A stretch of DNA of 64,000 bases from Chrysomallon squamiferum. Taxonomy: Eukaryota; Animalia; Mollusca. The stretch lies in the NCBI GenBank assembly GCA_012295275.1, contig CM022672.1, forward strand, positions 7,750,001-7,814,000, written 5' to 3'. Made by a program: the position numbers and the translations under genes. The notes beneath the pieces are model-generated. The model made no database searches, was not told where the DNA came from, and saw nothing but the letters and a program-made list of their open reading frames with translations. This document shows, in pieces, positions 1-22,570 of the stretch. How positions within the stretch are numbered: position 1 is the first letter of the stretch; each line of letters opens with the position of its first letter.

Positions 1-241
1 GACCATGGTAAAATAAAAATTACTAAGTTACTTAAAATGTCAAGAATAAAATATTTTCTTGCAATTACAAATTTGTCATCACAATGAACAACATCCAAAA
101 ATTTCTCTAAACCTTAAAAAATTAAAAGATTCCTTATTAATAACGTTGAATATCTGGAATATTATTAATATTTCACCTTTTTTTCATCTGATTTATCTTT
201 TCTCGAAGTGACTGCCACATAGAGTTATCGTCCTTTGATTT

Positions 242-274
<33 letters not shown>

Positions 275-470
275 GAGAGGAGACGAGATCATTACAAGTT
301 TAGGGCCAGACATTGTTTCCAGAAGAATTCCTTTAGATAATGAATAGCTGAGATTTTGTTTTAGTGAACTAGGACATGGATCGAGTGAAAATAACAAAGA
401 GTGAATTAAATAGGTTTATTCTGCAGAACACGTTTTTTCAAACTATTTTCGCAAAAATTGATATATATTT

Positions 471-511
<41 letters not shown>

Positions 512-1378
512 AACCCAAATAACAATATTAATAACTCATTTAAATGAGAAACAAAACGTTATAATAAATTATTCTTTATAAATGAACATATAATTCTGAT
601 GCTAATATTAAAGTCTTATTTTATGTTTATTTCTTTATTTAACAGTTTATTTTATTTTTTTATTTTGTTTAACTTGAATAGACAACACACACACACACAC
701 ACACACAGACACACACACAGAGATAGACTGTCAGACAGACACACACACACACACACACATACAAACAAAACATTTATAATTACTTGGAGTTTATTTAATA
801 CATGATCATGCAAACAATTACTTATATATGTACATCGCAAAATAGCTAAACCACTGTAGCTACTGACGATAATTATGTCAATAATAAATGTTTAACGTGG
901 CATTTTTTCTGCTTATTTTGTTTGATTTTATTCATTTATTTATTTTATATTTTTGTTTTTGTTTGGATAGTATATGCACAAAATGATTGCAAACATACTA
1001 TTTGGGCTTATTCTCTATTTTTATATTTTTACTATCACCTTTCTTTATTTATTTTGGATAAAAATAAGAAAATATCGAGTGATGTCCCACTAGCTGTACT
1101 GTTCTGCAATGTAACGATCATTACATTAACGGATACTTCCGAGTGTTATCGTTTCTCTTCGCCACAGGAACAATCATAATTAAAATTTGACAAGGGCACA
1201 TTCGTGCAGACTGTAGGCGCTGGTAACTCAAAATTGATACTGGATACGGATTTCGATTTATTGCTACGACATTTTAAAATTCTTTTTGAAAGTTTTCCCT
1301 ACTAAAACATAAAAATTATTACTTAAATATACTTTTCCAATCCTTTCCATTAATCAAGAATGCGTCAGTCTAATAATG

Positions 1379-1442
<64 letters not shown>

Positions 1443-2303
1443 CAAGGAGACACCTGGTGAGTGATGATACCCCCACCTCCGTGTGGCTAATACGGGAACT
1501 CATACTTGAAAAATGTGTTCCTGGGGGACTGTTCACCATAGGAACAGAAAATATAAAATATATTAAATTTAAATCACTGAATAATTCACACTACACTGAA
1601 ATTATTCCTGCCTTTTGTGAATATATATATTATTAATTATGAAAAACTAATTAGAGATATAAAGAGACACAGGAAAACATTTCCGTTATGATGCAAATAC
1701 TCTTACTAATATATGTTAAATTCCCTTAATATATAATAATCAGCATTTATGTGGGTGAATATATATATATGAGTGTAAGTGTTTTGTGTTTAAAGTATTT
1801 CATTACTATTTACTGTTAATGTTTACATACATATCGGCATCTCAGAGATCTTTTTTTTTAGTGGATATTTCAGGTGAAAACAAAAAATGCGTCTGGCTTC
1901 TTTCAGCTCGTTGAATATGAGTTTCTTTATACACATGCGCAAATGTGTATTTTTTTTTATTTTATCAATGTCATTTTTTTTTTCCATGAGAAGTAATGTT
2001 TCATATTTAAAACAGTTTCTATAAAAATAGAAATTAAAGATATCTATATATATCTGTTTTGCTGTATGTGTGTGTATATCAGAGATCATCATACATATAA
2101 ATATCGTGTTATTAGTAATTTTTATGTATTACAAGTGTCATACCAGAGACTGTTTATAATAACCATAATCAAGAAACGCTCCACACAATCTATAGATTGT
2201 TTAGAGGTCACGTGACCACTTTCTCACCTATGTAACTGTTTTAACATTTGTTTAGGGCATTTTTTTTTTTTTAATATTGAGTAATCGATTAAGATCCATA
2301 GGA

Positions 2304-2337
<34 letters not shown>

Positions 2338-3138
2338 AAAAAAAAATCTATTTAAAAAACAACAACAAAAGAAAACAAAAACTAAAAAACTAATAAAATA
2401 ATAATAATAATAATGCGTCAAGGTGGGGGTAGGTAGAACTCTTAGATCATATATTTCTTATCATGCCACTTCATTATTTCAGTTATACTCTGTGTTTATG
2501 TTATATAAAATATATATTAAATAAATAAATATATATATATATATATAAACATTGAGAAAATTACTGAGGTGCAATAAACTCGCCCGTTGTTGTTAAAAAA
2601 TGCACCAATTCCTCCATTGCCACATTCAATTCAGTATTATTATTACTTAACTGTAGCACAAACGTAATAAAATATAATTTGAAATACGAGAAATTTGTTT
2701 TTTCAAATCAAGGGAGGTAAATGAATTTTGTTGTTTGGCCCTACTTAAACTGTGAACAAATTTAATAAAACTGTCTATGTTTACTTTGGTTCGTCAGATA
2801 AAACCTTTTTAATTTTTATGTTTATCTTACCAGACCGAGATTCAAGTGAATAAATGTTTAGTTACTACTGTGGTGAAGAAATATCACTGTTACTCAATTC
2901 CAACGACAAAATTAGAACCATGCAAGAGAATCAAATGAACATAAATAAGTAAATAAATAATAAAGATCAATACAGAATTAAAAAAAAAAAAAAAAAAATG
3001 ACCAGTGTAAAACTATTGTTTGATTCGTCATTTTCAAAAACATTATTTATATTTATAAAACTCAATCAGACAAAGAAAGAAAGAAAGAAAGAAAGAAATG
3101 AACAAAACAAACAAATAAATAAACAATCTGTTAATTTT

Positions 3139-3256
3139 CTTCCGGCCATGGGTTGACTAAATTTCGACATTGACGGGTTTTCCAGTTTTATTTATAGATT
3201 ACAGGAAGAAATTTTGAAAATACATTTTACTGAGAAAATCTGTTAATTTTATACAG
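3139..3256 (+). promoter_or_regulatory. Putative proximal promoter and non-coding first exon of MIB2-like copy 1
   Basis: CTTCCGG (ETS-like) at 3139-3145, TGAC-GGGTTTTCC (Rel/kappaB-like) at 3171-3183, TTACAGGAA (GAS-like) at 3199-3207, and donor CAG/GTAAGT at 3256. The block is conserved in all three copies. Confidence 0.5.
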
Positions 3257-3878
3257 GTAAGTACAGATAAGTATTAGATTTAAAACTTTATTTACAAACG
3301 TGTTTTGTGTAGAAGTTTTTAACTTCTGTCCTAGTGTACAACGACAGCATAACTGTTTGTTAACAACGACACAAACGGCTTTTCATATAAAACGTTACCG
3401 AAACTAAACTTTACTTCTTTCATTTTAGTTAAAATATCTCAAACTTAATTATTTTTACTTCTGTCTCAATGTCTGAATCAAAATAATAAGTTAAGAAAAA
3501 TTAAAATTAAAATTAAAACAATGACGTTATTTATCTGTTCACAAAAGTTTTAATGTGACTATATTTACAGCGTGTGAGTAGTAGTAGCAGTAGTCGTTGT
3601 AGCAGTAGTCGTAGTTGTAATAGTCGTAGTAGAAGTAGTGGTAGTAGTAGTAATAATAATAATATCAGTAGTCGTAGTAGTAGTAGTAGTAGTAGTAGTA
3701 GTGAAATAGTTTTAGAAATGTTATGAAGAATTTCCAGTGACTGTTTTTGTTTCGATTTCCTTGGTGATCATTATCAAAAGAAAGAGAAATATTTATTTGT
3801 GTCTCGTGAAAAAGTTATAAATTTACTCTATAGCAAATAAATTTCTGGGTATTTCTACTATAGTCTTAATCATATAAC

Positions 3879-13978
<10,100 letters not shown>

Positions 13979-14711
13979 TCGACTATGTGAGCTGAGAGAA
14001 ATCAGAAGAAATATCACAGTGATTATAATGCATTGTGGAGATCCAGTGCATAACAGAGACGAGTGTATAGATATTGTTGTTATCTTAAGTAGAGTTCAGT
14101 TCTGTTTATTCAGTAATAAATCGTTTGAATAATATACGTCAGTTTAACTACTAACACAGAAATGCTATTTAGGTATTTTTAATTATTTTCTTTGTTGTGT
14201 ATTTCGTAATGAGTAATGCATATCTATATATATAGTCCATAAATATTGCTTAAAAGAATGGTGGAAAAATTTTGCATGCAAATATAAAACGAAACATTCT
14301 CTACTTCTGACGAAAAAGTCTACTGAATGGAATTCTCATCGAACCTTTTTAGGGCCTCATCTTTAAGAGACCAAGCGTTTTCACAGAGAAACAGACTTTT
14401 CTGATTACTTTTGTTTTTATTTCATTTATATAAATATTTTTGTTTAGATTTACTAACCACTGCATAGGATTCACAAATATTTGTGTATTTTATATGTATA
14501 CCTGTAGACAAACATTTCCTATATTTTATTATGTTAAAAATATATATAGTCATACAACTATCATTAATTATTCAGATGGCAGATCGTATTACTTTATATC
14601 AGATTTACAGTCTAATTTCTTTTTTTCTTCTTTTTCTTTTTTTCTATGAAACGGGATATGTCGTTTCAAATTATTTTCTAAAGAGGATAGATAACCACAC
14701 AATAAAGACAG

Positions 14712-17607
14712 CACGGTTCGACGTTAATTTGTTTTTTAGTATGTCTTAGAATTTACTAGATCTGAATTAATATCAACTAGACCAAACTGCTGAATGGCAA
14801 AATATACCTTAAGCAGGGATAATTTTGTTAAACTTTGGCTTCATATTGTATATTATTTGAAGAGAATACATAATAATTAACCAATATAATTATATTTGAA
14901 TAAAACATTGAAAAAAACAGCGTCTTGATACATTTTTTATTTGGATATTTTACTCATGACTGAACAATATTTAACACTGAAAGATAAAGCTTGTAGTCTT
15001 ATTATACTGGAACAAGCTAATCTGTCTCTACGGCAAACAATGCAATATCACTTCTCACAGAATATCCTAATAGACTTTTCAGTTAATGGTTTGTGATGAC
15101 TTTTTCAGTTTGAGCCTGAATTTTCACTTTTGTACACAAACTACTCATAGATATTTTTATCTACACCAATTCTCAGACATCACTGAAATCAGGACGCCTC
15201 GCCCTTTGTCCTGCATGCAACCACAGATCCAGTTCTTGTTCTGCGTTGTAATCAGCCGGATTTTGCCCACTAGTTGATCAGGCAATTCAGCATATCAATG
15301 TCCAGATGAGACCGCCAGGCTGACTTAATTCGGGCCATTGAGGAAAACCCTCTCTACACAGATTGCACTAGAGACTGGTATGCATAAGATTTTTCAGAGC
15401 ATCCTTAAAGTATTGGTTTGTAAACAGTCTATTATAGACACACTGATGTGAACCTTCAGTGCAGGCCATTCTGCTTCTTTAAGGTGATCAACATCACAGC
15501 CCATTCTCTCAAGTACAGCTGAATAATACTGGCACAGTTCATTCAAACTTTCTTCTCCATACACTACTCTCTCTCTGTGCCGAAAATTCTGCAAGTTAAC
15601 ACCCGGCAACTGTTGTAGAGCTGAGAGTCTTAAACATGCAGTCTCCAGGGCCTCAGTTTGCTTCAGGTAACCCACAGCTCCCTTCTGAAACTGCAGGGAC
15701 AACTCAATCAGTATTGCTAATGCATCCTTCAAAAAGTGCATGCAGTTCGAAAGATTATAGTCCTTCGGATATCTAAGAATAGGTCGTACTCTGGCTTAAA
15801 CGTCAACAGTCCCCGACTTCTTGTTGAGTGTGTTTTCAAAATGTGCTACGAATGTAGAGTACTTACTCAAAAGACATTAAGATATCGGCTTAGATGTCAC
15901 ATCCACCTTGTTCAACACAGACTGACAAGTTTAACCATCTTGTCTTCCATTACCTCCGACAGCAGTTGTAGTTCTCTGAGTGCCTTAGCACAGTAGTCGT
16001 AGTGTTTATGTAAATTCGTTAGTACAGATTTGAGATCATCAAACATTTTACCATCATTTTTCTTCATTGCATCTATAATCCCGAGTTCAAGTATGTGGCT
16101 AACACAGTGCATGGCAAACAAGCGAGGTACCTGGTCTTTAAGCAACTTAGCCACACTATGTCTTTTCCCCAAGTTCATCCTGTCACCATCTGATCCTGTT
16201 GCTACAAGTTTTTGTTTCCAGTCCCAACCAGGATCTACACTGTCCATGGTTGTTTCAATTGCATCCAGAACACCCTCTGCATCTGCATGCTCTACTACAT
16301 TTATCTTCACAAATAAATTGTGTGTGTCACCTTGCTCAAAAAGTCTGGCATAAACTATTTCACTTTCAATGACAGAGACATCTCTAGCACAGTCAAACGT
16401 GATCGATAAACACTGGTATTTTTAACCAAGGCCAATGATTCATTTTTTATGCCATTATAAATGTATTCCAGGCTTGGTCAGTACGATAACTGCTTGGTAA
16501 AATAACACCATTTTTCTTTGAAGTGACAGTAAACTGGGATACAAGGTAAATGTCAACTCCTCCTTAGCAATAAAATATGCAGTAATAAAGCAAGCAGTTA
16601 AGTGATTCCTTTGATCTTCATTGAGCCTTCGAATAACAACATCCATAGGACCAATTACAACCGGATGATGAGCTTGAACCCCACTGGGACCAGAGTCGGA
16701 CTCCAAGGAACAACATTCTGAAACAACTGTGCCGTATGCGTTGTGAAAACTGTGTCTGACAACTTGCCACGTTTCATGTCAAAAGTTTATTTTTTTATTT
16801 ATTTTTTGTATGTGACGAGGATTGAGAGTGGCTTTTTATTGCATCAAATCGAAAATTATTTGTACCTCGACAAATCTCCCAACAATTCCATATTTCCTAC
16901 ATGCGATGCAGAACATGATATCGCTTTCTTTATCGTCGTTTTCGCTTTTCTTTTTCATATTTTTCTTTAGATTCTGCCTTACCCCTTCTTTTCTTAGACA
17001 AATCAATTTCTGACGGGTCTTTGTCACATGAAATCCCGTATTTACACAGGTTCATGTTGTTCAGAATTGTATATTTTGCATTTTATTGCCTTATTCGATT
17101 TACTGGACCAAAACAAACAAAAAATCTGAAATCTGAAAGATTTATGCCGTTGTAAATTTAGTGCGCGCGCGCGTACACATACACACGTCTATATTCAACT
17201 AATCGGAACACCTCGTCATATTCCGCTACACTTATAGTTCAGAGAAATGTACGATGTTTTCCGAATGTATCAAAAGGCACGGAATCGACCGAGTGGTAAC
17301 GAATGCTGGCTCTACAAAAATGTCCATGTCCACCAGCGGTTAGCACCAAGTCGGGATTGTTTAGTTATTCACTGCCCACGTCACGCCACGTCACGTCTAT
17401 TTATAGAACCAGCGACTTCTGCGTCGATAGTTTAATAATTCGTCAATCCTCTGATGAATAAAAATAGAACATATTAATGTTGTAAGATCACTGGACGGCA
17501 AATTAATTCACCGTTCATAAATTACGAACACGACCAGTCGTGCTAGTCAGAAACAGTTATGATTAGACTGAACCAGCCGTTCACTACTGTCTTACTGTCG
17601 ATGCCTG
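14712..17607 (-). mobile_element. Degenerate hAT (ZNF862/Tip100-like) DNA transposon between copies 1 and 2
   Basis: Broken minus-strand ORFs: Zn-finger remnant (IMFCIACRKY), FITAYFIAKEELTFTLYPSLLSLQ, core LVATGSDG..MHCVSHILEL, and a C-terminal dimerisation-like remnant near 15300-15400. Imperfect TIRs CACGGTTCGACGTTAA (14712) and CAGGCATCGACAGTAA (reverse, ending 17607). Possible decayed 8-bp TSD aagacagc/cagactgc. ACTRGACC-like subterminal repeats. Confidence 0.8.
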
Positions 17608-17992
17608 CAGACTGCTACTCAGTTACAACGATAAAATTAGAACAAACAAGCATTAAAATATAAATAAATAATAAAGATGAATAAATAAATAAAGATGAAT
17701 TAATAAATAATAAAGAAGAATAAATAAATAAATAAATAAAGATGAATAAATAAATAAAATAATTAAAAAAAAAAAAAAAAAAAAAAGAAAAAGAGAGAGA
17801 GAAAAAAAATTTCACTGATCACGGAATGACCAGATGAGTGGAAGCGGATAAACGCGGACAGCTACTTACCAGTGAGAAACAATTGTTTGATTCGTCATGT
17901 TCAGTGAGATTATTTATATTTATACAACTCAATCAGACAAAGAAAGAAAGAAACGAACAAACAAACAAACAAATAAACAATCTGTTAATTTT

Positions 17993-18131
17993 CTTCCGGC
18001 CATGGTCTGACTAAATTTAGAACATTGACGGGTTTTCCAAATTTTATTTATAGAATACAGGTAGAGTTTCAGTTTCCTCAAAAGATTTTTCAAAATACAT
18101 TTTGTTGAGAAAATCTGTTAATTTTATACAG
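17993..18131 (+). promoter_or_regulatory. Putative proximal promoter of MIB2-like copy 2, with ISRE
   Basis: CTTCCGG at 17993-17999, GGGTTTTCC at 18030-18038, AGTTTCAGTTTCC at 18065-18077 (matches ISRE consensus AGTTTCNNTTTC), donor CAG/GTAGGT at 18131. Confidence 0.5.
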
Positions 18132-18940
18132 GTAGGTACAGATAAGTATTAGATTTAAAACTTTATTTACAGACGTGTTTTGTGTAGAAGTTTTAACTTC
18201 TGTCCTAGTGTACAACGACAGCATAACTGTTTGTTAACAACGACACAAACGGCTTTTCATATAAAACGTTACCGAAACTAAATTTTTATTTTTATTTTAG
18301 CTAAAATATTTCAAACTTAATTATTTTTACTTCTGTCTAAATGTCTTAATCAAAATAATAAGTTAAGAAGAATAAAAATTAAAATTAAAACAATCACGTT
18401 CTTTATCTGTTCACAAAAGTTTTATGTGACTAAATTTACAGCGTATGAGTAGTAGTAGCAGTAGTCGTTGTAGTAGTAGTCGTAGTTGTAATAGTCGTAG
18501 TGGTAGTAGTAGTAATAATAATAATATCAGTAGTCGTAGAAGAAGTAGTAGTGAAATAGTTTTAGAAATGTTATGAAGAATTTCCACTGACTCTGTTTTT
18601 GTTTCGATTTCCTTGGTGATCATTATCAAAAGAAAGATAAATATTTATTTGTGTCTCGTGAAAAAGTTATAAATGTTTACTCTATAACAAATAAATTTCT
18701 GGGTATTTCTACTGTAGTCTTAATCATATAACATGGCGGCTGTTGGGATTCGAGTTATGCGAGGTCCTGATTGGTCAGGAGGAGACGTAGATGGAGGTGA
18801 AGGTCATCTGGGAACAATAACGTCTTATGCAGAAGATAAAACATGCACAGTGATTTGGGACAACGGAAAAGTAACAATTTCCTCAGCTGGAAAAGGAAAC
18901 AAGTTTGACTTAAGAATTGTAGACAATGCCCCAATAGGTA

Positions 18941-19010
<70 letters not shown>

Positions 19011-20424
19011 AATAATATATTTATTTTAGTTTTCCAAAATATTTTATTTTATTTTCCACATATTTTATTTATTTTCTGTCTTAGAATATATTGTTCATTT
19101 AGTAGATGTTATTTATTTTTATTACCTCTTTTCTTGCATACACAATTACTTATTTTAATTAATAAGTAAAGTAGATAATGTATTTAGAGGTATATCATTT
19201 TGCTCTTTTTTTAATTCTTTTTTTTTTTTTTTTTTTCAGGAGTTCGACATAAAGATAAAGTTTGTAATGGATGTGGAGAGAAAGATATAATAGGAATGAG
19301 ATGGTCGTGTAAGAAATGTGAAGATTTACACTTGTGTTCTTTGTGTTACTTCATGGGAAAGCATGATCGTTCACACGACTTTGTTCGATACGACACAGCG
19401 AAATCAGAAGGGTAAATAAATTTCAAAAATAATTAAACCATGAAAGCTACAGAATAACTGAAACAGCAAAGATTTTAATATTTAAAATACGGTGTTAATT
19501 CTAAAGTTTTCTTATTATTTAATGAATGTTTCATTTTTATTTATTGTACAGCTCTCTCGTACTTGCACGGTTCACCACATCTAAGATTCAAACATACGGT
19601 ATATTTCCTAGCGCTGTGGTCACCCGAGGAATACACTGGGACCAGGAAGACAAAGATGGTGAATAGAAAAAAATAGATCAATGTTGTCTTCCGGTTAATA
19701 TTAATAGCTATTGATAAAAATGTTGTTAGTGAATTTGTTATGAAAATAGCTATTATTCTACACTATAATATATTATAACCCCTCGAAAGACTGGTAGATA
19801 TCTATGTTTTCGGGCACAAAACCAAAATATATCATTTCAGAACTATATTTACTTCACTAAATTTGTTCTTACTGACATATCTATTGCTCAAAGTTACTTG
19901 TTTAGTGTTTTAAATTCAGTATAATATATAACAAATATTTTTTTTTTTTTAAATTTAAACATATAGATCAATTAAATCAGTATGTATGAATGATAGTTTT
20001 TGTATTATTCTGCATGATTATGCAACATAAACAAATAACTGCTTCCTGCCTTACGATGTCAGTATTATCGAAAAGAAATGAAACATGCACTTTACAGGTG
20101 GACCAGATAAACCAGGAATTGTGACAGGGATTATACATCACGATCCGAAATCCTACAGATCTGCAGTGACCGTTGGCTGGAAGACAGGGGAGACAACTAC
20201 ATGTCGTGTTGGTCATCACGGTCAAGTTGATATCCAGTGTATTGAACCTGCACGAGGACCTCAGTGTTACCCTCAACATTTGCCTGTTCTAGGTAAGACT
20301 CACACTTAATAATTTTTGCCTGTTTAGACTCAAGTGTCACAAAATGTAAGAAAAAATGTATACTTTGATTAGAAATGAACTGTTAATGATACAGATAAAT
20401 GTTTAAGTCACAGACAAAGAAATA

Positions 20425-21082
20425 AAGTGGTACCTTGACTTACGAGTTTAACTCGTTCCGTGACCAAGCCCGTAACTCAAATTACTGGTATATCAAATTA
20501 AATTTCTAAAGTGAAATTAACTGAAATACCATTAATCCGTTCCAGCCACGAACCTTTTTATACCGTATTTTTAAATAAGAAAACTACAAATATAAAAGAG
20601 AATGTAAAGAAATAAAATGATTTTGTAAAGTGTATTTATCTCGCAGATCAGACAAATTATGTTAACGCCTTTGGCTGGAATTACAGCCTTTATCGACTCC
20701 TTCTGCTTCAGTATAGTACACATCGTAGAAGTACTACGCTCGTGCTGCTTAGTCAAGTCGACCAGATGCACACCTCGCTCATATTTTTCTATGATTTCAT
20801 GCTTTAATTCAGTGGACATCATCCGCTTCTTCTTCTCAGCACTGTCCTTGACGTACTTTCTTAGGATTCATGGTCAGAAAAAAGGAATTTGGCAAAATAC
20901 TGCACAAAACGCGAGCACAACACAACACAGAGGCCTCCACGGCGAGGTAACCACGGGAGACGCGGGATGCTGGCGGATGTTATGTTGTTGGTTGCGCCAA
21001 ATATGAAGCTCGCTCATAACTCGAATTTGGCTCGCAACTAAGAAACTCGTAACTTTGTGCACTCTAAATCAACATACCACTG
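20425..21082 (-). mobile_element. pogo/Tigger-like element at the same intron position in copy 2
   Basis: Same TA-flanked TIRs and HTH fragment (MSTELKHEIIEKYERGVHLVDL..). Absent from copy 3. Confidence 0.85.
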
Positions 21083-22019
21083 TATTTTTAAATTATATAT
21101 ATATATATATATTCTTCAAAATTTTGCGAAGCTAAAATGTACAAATATTATTGAAATATTCTGAGCGAAACTAACATTTTTCTGTGAAACTAACTTATGG
21201 AAATATTGTTGAAATATTCTAACTGACATTAAGATATACAAATATTGTTAAAACATTCCAAGTGATCCTAACATATACAAATATTGCTGAAATATTCTAA
21301 GTAACACATATAGAACTATTTTGTTAAAACGTTGTAAGTAATTCTAATATTTATGTTAAAATATTCTAAAACCCCCCAGCAATATTTATATCTTGTTAAA
21401 ACATTCTAATCCTAATATTTACATGTCAAAACATTCGAAGTCAAGGTAATATTGTTAAACATTCTAACACTAATATTTACATGTGAAAGCAATCCAAGAA
21501 CAATACTTTTTACATGTTAGAACATTCTAGGTAATACTAATATTTAGAGTTTAAATCATTCTAACTAACATTGATATTTTACCTGCTAAAAGGTTCTAAA
21601 TAACAGATATTTACCTGTTGTTAAGACATTTATATAACATTGTTTTGTAACGTGTTTTTTAAAACCTTTCTGTGTAATATTATTATTCTCAGATGCTGAT
21701 GTTGTCAAAATTTGGAATGAATTTGATGAAGGAAAAAATGGTTCATCGAGTAAAACCAAGGTCTGATACTAAGACGTTTTGTTAATAATTATTTTATTTG
21801 TTAACCTGTCATTTGAAATTAGATAATGTTTTCTTTGTCAAGTAAATTATGTCATTGTAATAATCGATGTAATTTGTTAATTTCACGTTTCTCTGTGTAA
21901 AATGATTTTTGATTACATCAGTTATTATTATTAAGTTTATTGTCATTTTTTTAGTTTGACGTTGTTCTTTCTTGTGTAGGTTTGTTTCATAATAAGCTTG
22001 TTAATATTTGCTTATTATT

Positions 22020-22570
22020 AAGTTTATTGGTGTTTGTTATTTTAATTACAGTTTATGAAAGGTAGTGTTTAAGTTTATTTGTGTTGTCACAGTTATAGAA
22101 AGATAGTGTTTTAGTTTGTCTGTGTTGTTATTACAGTTTAATAAAGTTTATTTGTGCTGTTATTTTAAGTACACTTTAAGAAAGGTCGTGTTTAATTTTA
22201 TTTGTGTTGTTATTACAGTTTAAAAAATATAGTGTTTTCGTTTATTTGTATTGTCATTATAGATTAAGAAAGGTAGTGCTTAAGTTTGTGTTGTTATTGC
22301 AGTTTAAGAAAGGTAGTGTTTAAGTTTATTTGTATTGTTCGTACAGTTTAAGAAAGGTAGTGTTTATGTTTATTTTTGTTGTTATTAGAGTTTAAGAAAA
22401 ATAGTGTTTATGTTTATTTGTGTTGTTATTATAATTTAAGAAAGGTAGTTCTGAAGTTTGTGTTATTGCAGTTTAAGAAATGTAGTGTTTAGGTTTATTT
22501 GTGTTATTGCTGTTTAAGAAATATGGTGTTTACGGTTATTTGTGTTATTGCAGTTTAAGAAAGGGAGTGC
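22020..22570 (+). repeat. ~40-45-bp minisatellite built from an intron/exon acceptor junction
   Basis: Unit TTTATTTGTGTTGTTATTRCAG|TTTAAGAAAGGTAGTGTTT repeated roughly a dozen times up to the true exon start at 22554. Shorter arrays at ~7390-7710 and ~35120-35385. Confidence 0.85.

Noticed and set aside
1461-1580. GTGATGA ... CTGA resembling a C/D box snoRNA
   Set aside because: No terminal stem and no recognisable rRNA guide. Such short boxes occur by chance.
599-2421. Short ORFs rich in His-Thr, Val-Cys, poly-Ile and poly-Phe (similar ORFs occur across the window)
   Set aside because: They are translations of (AC)n, (AAT)n, (AG)n and poly-A microsatellites, not genes.
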